From Oculina patagonica (lineage: Eukaryota), in assembly GCF_052425735.1 (NCBI RefSeq), contig NC_135760.1, positions 12,214,001-12,278,000 on the forward strand: a stretch of DNA of 64,000 bases. The letters run 5' to 3'. Within the stretch, counting starts at the first letter, position 1, and the number at the start of each line of letters is the position of its first letter. Both the position numbers and the translations under genes were made by a program. Below are positions 54,107 through 64,000 of this stretch, piece by piece. The notes below the pieces were generated by a model that worked only from the letters and a program-made list of their open reading frames with translations, was not told the origin of the DNA and ran no database searches.

Positions 54107-56280
54107 AGCCCTAATGAATACATTAGGTTATAAAATTAAGGGAAAAGACGTTCCCTTTTCCTTTTGACCTCATTCGGGTAAACTAACCTGTTGCCGGTCC
54201 GTTGACAGTTTCACAGTTTGCTCGCCAATTTTCTCCAATAACTTATCATGAACGTGAACCACCTTAGTTTGCATTTGTTTTTTTTTTGCTTTTTTGTTCA
54301 TTAGCCGTTGTCGCCTTTACATTTATGTTTTGTAGTTGCGTTAAGATTCAATGTAATGTGGAATAGGTTCTCTCGTTCACCTCCAATTATTTATGTGAGG
54401 ATTTAAAATTCATTTGAAAAACTAGTGTTTCATTAGCAGCCATTCGAAAAAGGTTTCCTCTACAAACCAATAAGGAATAATTTATATATAAAGAATGGTT
54501 AAACTCCTGATAAAACATGAATTATTGTTTGCGATTAAAATCATTCTCATTTCGTCCTCTGCGCCTTCACTGCTACCCTTAAGCAGTAGCTGCCACGAAT
54601 CACGTGACTTTTGCCGCCACAAACAAACCGACTAGCAGGTGGTAGGCGGGTGGGATGTGGAATAGCAAAATAAAAATGGCGGAAAACTGTTACATGGAGA
54701 ACAGAGATAAAACTTGTTATCCTTTCGCTCTAACTAATAAAAAATGATTCATTTGAGGCGTGCTTGGTCTGCGGAGTAAAAACAACTTACACTACTGCAT
54801 CTTATGAAACTTTTTCGTTACTTCTACATTGTAGTTAAGATTAATTTATTTTGGATATAAACAAACAAGATTGACTAGAACTATAACGCTTATTAAGTGG
54901 AAATATTTTCAAATTCACAAAACACCAGCCTGGAGAGAGGTATAGAGAAAGCAGATTAACTTTGAAACTGGGTTTGACAGCAACACGTTTCAACCAAATA
55001 TTCCCCTGCAAAACCCTCCTCAAACAGTTACAACAATTATACATTTAGGTTGAGGTACGTTTGTCGTTTCGATTGTTACAGATTAACTTCCGGGCGTTAT
55101 ACAAAAGTTCCTCGCCACTTACCTTCCACGCATAGAGAGCAGGCGTCGACAAAAGCAGGAACAATCGGAAAAATGCAAGATAAACTTTGTTTTGATCTGT
55201 GAAGATCACTTTAGATCACTGCTAGTCACGTGAACTCATCTTCAAATAAACGGTCGATAGCCTCGTTTTGATTATTCGAGCTTGCGTTTGGTTTTTAACC
55301 CAACTTGACTCTCGAGACAAAAATAATATCATTAAAACGACGCCATTAAAAATCGTGAAAAAGTAGAGTTTCTGCGGAAGGGGCTGAAGCGAGAAATAAG
55401 AGATGCAATGTACATGAGATGATTTTTCTTGCAAATTAAGGACAATAAAAGTGGCAGACGAAATTACGCGCATTTAAAATAGTTTTAAAACCGTCTTTGC
55501 AATTTGCCTCTTAAGAATATGTAAGAAAACAATGGTAAACCACTGCGTGCAAAGTTGCAACGATGGTGTTCCTTTTAAGTGGCAAAACAAAACAAAATGA
55601 AACACAACCCGCTGTTTGTATAGATATAATTTAAAATTCGTTCGTATAGTGGAGACAAAGCACTTTAATATATTCTAAATGTGGGTATAAAACTTGGGAA
55701 GAGAAAAGGCCTAATAGAATGTCATTGTATATAATATGTAATTACGTAAAGACTAAACTAAAGACGATTTGTAAGCGGAATACTGCATTTCATTGATTAT
55801 GTACTACTGCTCGAATAAGGGCATTCTAAGAAACACGAAAATTAAATACGAAAAAGCAGTTAGAACAATGTATGAGATAGAGTAGAAAGAGAGAAGAGAA
55901 AAAGCTGCATTACTCCATGTTTCTTACAAGAAATAAAATCGTATAACAAAAAATTGGCTGATCTATAAAGCGCCCCGGATTTATGATCAAGTAAAGAGGG
56001 TTAACTCTATATGTCATGCATGAAACCAGCATACATGAAACTACATCTAGAAACGGTGACTGTCAATAATTTGAAGGACTATGTATGACTCATTTCTGTT
56101 ATAATATCTTGTCTCGCGTTTTGCCAAGCAAACACTGTTCCATAAAAGTTTGAAAATGACGAGTTAATATTCGTACGTAGAGAGGAGAGAAGTGAAAAAC
56201 TACAAGACTATAAATAAGTCAAAAGAGACGAACGAAATTAAGATAGGCCATATCCACATTTCCCCATGAAGAAGTTGTAG

Positions 56281-59200
56281 TTAAATAAAACTTCTTTTGG
56301 GAGGACGAGGCGGAAAATTTTCCTCTTCTTCTAATTCGTTTTCTGATACTCTTTCTTCATCTTCCTGTCCTTCAGAGTACTTCAGAATATCAGAGCAAAG
56401 TTCTTGAGCTATTTTTTCGGTGTAGCAGTCAATGTATTTGTCGATGTGACTTTGGAGGTATCCAAGAGGCGCGGATCCTTGGCTCAGAAGTTGATAATGA
56501 AACTCCTGCAAACTAAACGACTTCCCCAGTGCCCTCTCAACTTGTTTGCGCATGCTTACTAGTTTCAGTTTCCCTAACATGTAGGCTGTTGCTTGACCGG
56601 GGACGCTCTGGTACCTAGTCACCTCCTTCACTGCAAAATCTGTAGTATCCCAGGTATAATATTCAAAGTGCTGGAGTGCTTCTGACCTGATAAAAAAACA
56701 AAAGGTACACAATGTGTACACGAGGCTACGTGTTAAGTTTAGTTCGAATGCATCGGGAAAATAAGTTTTCAGTTTGTGATTCATTTACTTGATATAGAAC
56801 CACTAGTCTCTTTTTCGTGAAGGTTACTTAATTGTTTCTTATGCCGGATAAGAGAACTGGTGAATGAAGAGCTTTAAACTGTTACGTTTTGCCAGAGTTG
56901 TTTATATACAACAAGGCAAGTTAAAATTGAAATGTCTGGAATATACGAGTTTTAACACAATTTGTCGGTTTAGCAATTTTGATGACGCCTAGCCTATTGT
57001 TTCTATAGTAACCACTAAAGACCTCTTCACCTTGTCATTCCTCTGTAATGAAGGCCTGTGTCCACCACTAATCTTACGGCTCGCCATACCTAAACAGCAC
57101 AATGACAAATGTCAGAATCATGTACACTCTTTCTATGTTCATGTTCAAAAGGGGTCTCAAAACGCTAAACAAACTAACACCCCCTCCCCCCGCCCCACAT
57201 GCAAGATCTGTCCTCTGCTCGTGATTTTTCTTACAGTATCCGTAACACTAAGAACATCTTGCAAGTACCCAAAACCAAGGACTAAAACCAAGTACCCAAA
57301 ACCAAGGACCATTGTTTCGAATGGACTGCCATCTGAATTAAGTAAGCCATTAACCCTCACAAGATTTTGAAAGGGAATTAATGACTTATATTCCTCAACG
57401 GGCACTCACACGGCGAACTCGTAAACCAGTATTTTGCATCTTTTTATCTTTTCATACTGATTGTTTTTAACTGTGTCTAAATAAAGTTTGTCTATGTCTA
57501 TGTTCGAGAAGAAGCATTGCTGTTGTGGACAACTGTCAGAGATGGTCTGGGAACAAGTACCAGTAGATGGAGTTGAAATTTAACTTGTCTTTCGATCAGT
57601 TGACTTGTCTTTCGATCCGTCGAAAGACAAGCTAAATCTATGAACAGCAGCTAACACTAATGTAGCATAGAAACGACTAAGTGGTCGCTCTTATTTATTT
57701 CGGTGTAGAACACGGCACCTGTTTTGCACTGGGTGTGTATAACATATGATACAAACATACCTGCCATTTAAACATGCCATACAGCTGTAGCAAGTTGTTT
57801 TCATATAGCATAGCGTCTTGTGAAAGGAGCGGGCTCTCTGCGTATAGAGCCCAGCCTTCCTGGAAAGCGATGTACGAGGTTTTCTGATCAAGCCACCGCG
57901 GGACACCGCCACACTTGTCACGAAAATTTTCAATCAACCCTGTTTATCAAGACAGACAAATAAATAAAATGATTACCTTCGAAAGGGACTCATCGACTTC
58001 CAAAATCTCAACTTTGTTTCCAGGCGCCATAATTAAATTTTATGGCCAGTTTAGATTTCAATGACTCTTACAAATGATGATCATACGACTTCGCAGGCTA
58101 AACTGGGTAGCAGCGAGAATTTTATCTAAATGCAAAACTAGAAAACGAGACGGAGGATTAAGCTTTTCCGAAAACGCGGAGGTTTCCGTCAGCGAAGTTA
58201 CGACTGCATTGATACTTATTAGAGGATTCTGTTGAGTTTAGATAGCAGAACCAAGGATACTTGCTGAATTCTGCAAGACTTGACCCAAGGTTTAACCTTG
58301 GTCATTGTTGAAAATATCGTCACTTCACTGGTGCAGGGTTCATTGCATTGACTTTACTGGCTGTCACTTAAGGCAACTTTCAGCTATCTTTTCAGTCGGT
58401 GAGCAAGATAATTATGGAGAATGGCGGATGGTTTTTAGAACATGCTAACAATTGAGTAACGTTTTATTACGTATATGCCTCTCGCTGTTAATGTATTTGC
58501 GTCTGGTCTAGCATCGACTTAGCAAATTAGCTTATGAATGCAAGAGGAACGTAAGTTCCGCCCACAAAAGAGGAGTTTTTTTTTTGGAGATTTTATTTTT
58601 TTTTGGGTGGGTTATCGGCTTTTTAAGGTCTTTTTTATATGGTTCCCCCCCCTCCAAAAAAAAAACAAAAAAAAAAAAACAAAAAATCCCCTCTATCCCA
58701 AAAAAAAATAAACTCCTCCACTTGAGAAAAATAAAAATAAAAAATCAGGGGCTCCATTCTTTTTTTTTTTCGCCTTCATTTTTTTGGGAAGAAAAATTTT
58801 TTTAAAAAAAAAAAAAAATTTTTTTTTTCTCACCAAAAAAAAACCCACGATTAATGTAGCTTGCGTTGCAGCCGGACGTGTCACAAAAAAATCGCTATAC
58901 CACGGTTTACGTTCATCTGCTACGCAGGCTAAAATTAATGTTGAGTGTGTACGAAAACAGAGAAACATTCGAGCGGGTACTTCATAGCAAAAACATGAAA
59001 TATACCTTGCATCTGAGTATGGTGTCCAGGCCTTGACTCGTGCCCAATCACAGACCACTCCTGGAACTTTGGCCCATACCGCTTCAGGAAAAAAGGAAGA
59101 CCAAAATAACTCGGTCCAGTACAGTTCCCTGTGCTCGGCCGAAAAAACATGGCGCCATTGGACGGATTGTAGTGCGGTAACATTTGTATCGGGCAGCTAG

Positions 59201-62200
59201 CTGCGGTAGCCTTGGGACCAGTAAAGTAGAACATCGATTGAATCTTGGGATAGATCATGCTCATTACCGTCTCAATGTACTCGCTCCATTTCTCCACGGC
59301 CGCCCAGCGCTGTGGACAATTGATCTTGGCGGAGACTGGGTCATGACAAGCTTTGTACGCACGCTCGTCGCTCTCATTGGCTGGGAATGGTGCTGTATTG
59401 TGCCACTGGTCAGAGGCATTTAGTTGAATTTTAAAAGCCTCTACTGCTCTAGACCTTTTGTTTATGCCAGTCAAAAACTTTGCGATTTTATACACCTAAC
59501 ATAAAAGTAAAGCAGAAATAAGAATCTTAATTTATAGGCTTTATTGTTCAACAAATGCGCGCGTTGCCCATATATCGTAGATGGTATTGTGATCCGTCAT
59601 CCGTACATAACAGATATCTTGTAACAATTATCCTGCGAAATCGCGCGGTATATCGCCTGATACTTAGCCAACGAGGCCGTAGGCCGAGGGGGCATAACGA
59701 ACCGCAGAGAGGGATTTGTTTTTTATTCAACATTGTCAACGAAATACCTCCTGTAGAAGAAAAACTGAATATGCACCGCACAAGATCGGACGACTCGCAA
59801 CCTACGTATATCGCAGGATATCTGTTATGTACGGATGAAGATAACGGTAACTTTGACCATATATGGGCAGCACGCGCATGTGTTGAATAATAAATATATG
59901 TAGGTTGCCAAGATTTGTCCGACGTCTTGCAAATCGCTGCATAACCACAGTTTTTCTACATCCTCTAATTTTATCCAACTCGGCCTACGTCCTCGTCGGC
60001 TTAGTAAGTATCAGGCGATGTTCCGCGCGATTTCGCAGAGTAATTTACTGGGCGGAAATCTTACGTCCAGAAAAGGCTTGGTTTATATTTAGATTGGTTG
60101 TTGCATCTAAAACACTTCAAGCTGATAAGTGGCGCGACGTAAAACCATGAAATAACCTCTACAATCATCGATTATAATACTATAAATATATAGTAAACGC
60201 TCCGCAGGAGGGGGATTATAATCTTAATAAATAATACAATCCCTCGAGAATTTTAATCATCTCAGGCTTAGTAGGTAATTTTACGTTTGGATTGTCTTGT
60301 TATCGAAGAAAACTTTTTTGTTAAAGATTCGCTGTTTTGGCAGGAAGAGGAAAGGAGAATTATCTTCGGGGAGAGAGTTATTAATTGCTCGCTACAATAC
60401 AGCTAACTTGTTATAAACGACAGTTTACCTGTGGCAGGATAAAGGGGTTTCCCCGAAACATCTGTTTTATACAGCATTTAAAGCACTCCGAGAACAGTAC
60501 ACTATTGAAAACTTACCTGTGGCATGTACTTATTAAGCTGCTTAATTCCCTCGTCATAGATAGCGTCAGGCGTAATATTGAAAGTCGTAAAGTACGATAA
60601 GATCATACGGTATGTCTCGCTGCCATTTAATTCCCGTCCGGTACCCGGGAGAACTTTTGTCGTCCTATTCCCCAAATCCGGGACACCATCGGTGTACACG
60701 AAGTCGACAGGCAAATTTGCAAGACCGCTGGCCACTGTTGTGGGTAAGCAGTGACGGCTGTGTTCGTACTCAAGGAAATGAATCAGATTTAGTACTGGTT
60801 CTCCAAACCCCTTTATTAGAGCCTCTCTAATGGCTTCTCTTACACTCTGTCCTGAATGTTCACCCCGCCATCGCGTATTCACTCCTGAATCTAAGTTGGC
60901 TAGGTATTTAGGCTGGAGATAAAGTTTAGCGTACCACTCGTCCAGCACTCCTATTGAGTTATTAGCCTTGGCTATTTCAGGGTACTGCTCTTTAAAAGCG
61001 TCAAGACCTGCTTTACAGTCTATCGAAGAACGGACCATGCCGACTCTGACTCCCAGGGCAATATTGTCTCTGTTGATAGTAAATAAGTAAATACAACTTA
61101 TTAGTCGAGTGCGAGGTCCATACCGTAAGACACGGACCGTGGTTTTCCTGTCGCGGCCAGCGCGCTACAGTACGGACCGAGAAAACAAGGTTAATAAGAT
61201 GTTTATCTTATCTCTCAAAAAAGAAGAAAAACTTTCAAGCAATCAAGTAAGTATTGATAATTAAAAAAAAGTCAGTCAGTAGTCAGTCAGTAACTTTACT
61301 AAGTCTGGAGGAGCGAAAATTACGTATATGACCCACCTTCCACTTTTCCTACAAAAAGGAGACAAACACCCACCGCTCCCCTCCCTTCCCGCCAAACCGA
61401 ATCAAACCGTAGCTAATGACCAGTCCTTTACACCACCAACCTGTATTGATCAAACGCGTCCTTGTGTTTCATGATGGTGTCAATCACGTGCTGTACATCC
61501 TGATAAGAGCGCGGCTTCACGTGAAAGGCGAAAGCATTGACGTCATAAGACATGTAGCAGATTGGCTGCCAGCAGAAGTAGTTTGGACCCATCATCCAAT
61601 CACCTGCGTAATAGTTGACGTCAAACGGCGAATCAAACACGTGCTGTAGGAAGTGCTTTGCCTGTTGGCATGACAACAAGAGAAAATTTAATTACAACAG
61701 TGTGAGTTTCATTGGTATGTCGTTCTGTTTTCATTTACATACCAATGAAACTCATGAATACCAATGAAACTTCTGCGATCCGAGGCATTCTAAAGAAAAA
61801 TAGAACGCCTGATCGCAGGTTAGGTTTTCTTTCGCAAGTTGTCGTGATTTCGCAAGTTGTATGAATATCATCCTAGAGTTTTAAGTAGTTTTAAATTATT
61901 ATTGTATTTATTTCATTGTCTTTGAAAAGCCTCTAGGGGGAAAGTCAATAAAGTATGTATTGTATTGTATTGTATTGTATTGTATTGTATCTATTGTGCG
62001 TGGAATGCGCGCAAGCAAAATATAAATCTCGGGAGAAAAAAATAAATGGAGCTCACATGGATTTTAAGAATGAAGATAACCGTCACAAACATAACCTGCA
62101 TATTTCCATAAATGATCTCTTTTATACCATACAAGTGTAATCCAATTGGACGAAATTGGGGAATTTCAAAACTTTTTACTGTCTAGTTCTGCGGCTCAGT

Positions 62201-63853
62201 TCAAAGGCGAGTATAAGACAGATTCTGCGTCTAGACGAACTAGCTGCTAAGTGTGGATTAAACGACGCACTAAGAGGCAAGCTAAACGTTTACTGTGTCT
62301 GAGTTCGTCCTGATTTTACACTAGACAAAAAACAGCAAGCCCATCATTATCTTTCTCTACCGACTAGTGTAAGTATGACAGAAAAATGCGTGCAGTTTCA
62401 GTTGCTGAACTTTCAAAACTAAAAAACAAGACTCTAAATTGCTCTAGATAAGTGAATTATTTTCTATTAGCACACCTTTCAGCCGTGATAGGCTTTATAT
62501 TTACAGAGAGAGGATAATCCCGAGGAGATTACATACTGACCTGCCATAAAGCTTTTCCCTCCCGCGCTTTGAGCTTCCGCTCGTCCACTTTCACGTTTTT
62601 CAGTTTTTCCAAGAGCGCTAGCGCCGCGTCGGTTTTCCTTTTAAGGGACTCTGGGCTAGGGTCGTAAGGAAAGTATCTGTGAAGAGAAAGTTGTTGATAA
62701 ATTACGAAGTAGCGGCTTTGCGAGAAGAGAGGCTATTCGCGTGAGTCATAACAGAGACTTGACAAAGCCGGAAATCGCGCGCGAATAGCTATATGGCGTC
62801 CCATTGGCACCTAGTCGCGAATCGCGCGCGCACTATTACGCGAATCTAGCCTGCGTGGCCGGTGTCAAAGGGCCAAGGGGGAGGAGAAGGGGAGCGAGCG
62901 CGAAGCGCGCCGGCGCCGCGAAATCTCGGCTCGTAAACAAGGTACATGTAATATAATCTGTCTGAGGCCAGCGGAGGTCATCCTGTTACATCACACTTAA
63001 ACGGAAAGTGCGTTAGGCTCCGCAACTGTGAATCATTTCTCAACGCTTGACTTTCATCCCCTTTATCTGTTTTTACAGAGCTTTATCTTCTTCGCTTCAG
63101 AACTAAGCTTCCTGTTGATTAGAAATGCGATAAAATCCTATTTCTAGAATCCACTGCAGTATTTTATCCTTTCCTTGTCGCGGAAACTGTTCTTATTAAT
63201 CACCTTTAAAACGTCATCAACAGGACGTGCATTGAATTTTGTGCCAGAAAAAATACAACAGTTGACATCAATGTTGATGTTCAGTCTTGTCTTGATATCA
63301 TCAAAGCATAAATGAGTCGACCAAAGAACTGAAATACATCCTATTTGATGTCTGTCATCTTCTTGCTAACAATAGAGCGGTTCAGAATCGATAGGATACT
63401 TTGCGAGGTGAATTACAAATTTCACTCCAGAAGTGATGGGATCAGTTTAACCCTCAAACTAAATAGCGCATGAAAAAAACATCGACCTGACACTTAGTCC
63501 TACCTTGTCTTCACATATTCGACCCTTTTAATTCCTCTTACGTCAGGATTCCACGCCACATTGTTAGGATTGTGAGTAAAATACGCAGTTTTCACTTCTT
63601 CCAGTAACGCAGGCAAACCAACGCGGACAGCCTCAGCGGAGTAACTACAAAGCTGCGACGAAGGAGAAGCGATAATCTTTTCTGTGGAAGGCGTTTGACT
63701 ACATGTTTGTTCTGCAGCATGCAGCTTCACTGCGCCTACAATCACCAACACCACACCAAGTAAGACACAGAGCAAGCCAAGCGCTAATAACACCGTGTTA
63801 CTACAAATGGTTGTGTCCTCTTCACTACGTCTGTTCTGTTGCTTGGGTGCCAT
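56281..63853 (-). CDS. DUF885-family protein with N-terminal transmembrane anchor (797 aa), putative zinc metallopeptidase-like
   Basis: Exons 63853-63504, 62676-62541, 61661-61441, 61069-60517, 59495-59006, 57939-57761, 57089-57031 and 56686-56281, all phase-consistent. Motifs HESRPGHH, FQEGWALYAE, WRAVRLVVDTGLH and RY...PGQATAYMLG are characteristic of DUF885. Confidence 0.9.
57140..57503 (+). mobile_element. 3' fragment of a CR1/L2 LINE
   Basis: Decayed ...PKPRT...NGLPSEL... translation, a ctcacacggcgaactcgtaaaccag 3' motif, AATAAA and a (tctatg)n tail. Confidence 0.55.
59541..60045. repeat. Composite inverted-repeat element in DUF885 intron
   Basis: Pair A at 59541-59575 / 59858-59893 and pair B at 59627-59690 / 59978-60045. 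Confidence 0.55.
61870..61995 (+). repeat. LINE/SINE 3' tail ending in a (TATTG)n microsatellite
   Basis: gaaaagcctctaggggg...caataaagtatg followed by (tattg)n. Confidence 0.55.
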
Positions 63854-64000
63854 TGATGATGATATGAGCGGGGTTGATGACTAGCGCTTTGTAGTTGTGT
63901 AGTATAAAAGTGAAACTGACACTATAATTGACAAGGTCATGTCAACAAACGTAACTGACTGTCTATCAGTGTCTAGGCCGTTCACGTGCCGTGATAATGT

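Overview
This is intron-containing animal DNA. It is most likely an anthozoan cnidarian such as a stony coral, inferred from the SINE, MITE and Penelope repeat styles rather than proven. I found no CRISPR array, rRNA or genuine tRNA gene. Six spliced protein genes could be built by hand with GT-AG, phase-consistent junctions: (1) the 3' part of an FRK/Src42A-type tyrosine kinase (+); (2) a two-exon 86-aa type I membrane microprotein (-), head-to-head with (3) COX5B (+); (4) transcription factor AP-2/TFAP2 (-), with candidate alternative first exons and about 14 kb of transposon-poor flanking and intronic DNA; (5) a 326-aa secreted protein with a short collagen domain, coiled coil, Pro-rich region and His/Lys-rich ends (-); and (6) a 797-aa membrane-anchored DUF885-family protein (-). 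Genes 2 and 5 are essentially missed by the ORF track. Introns and intergenic DNA carry many mobile elements: a Sola3-type foldback nested in an ISL2EU-like element, a P-like foldback, Tc1/mariner and Harbinger-like MITEs, two tRNA-derived SINEs, LINE fragments and Penelope-type hammerhead motifs. Family assignments come from recognised motifs and terminal signatures; no database search was run.
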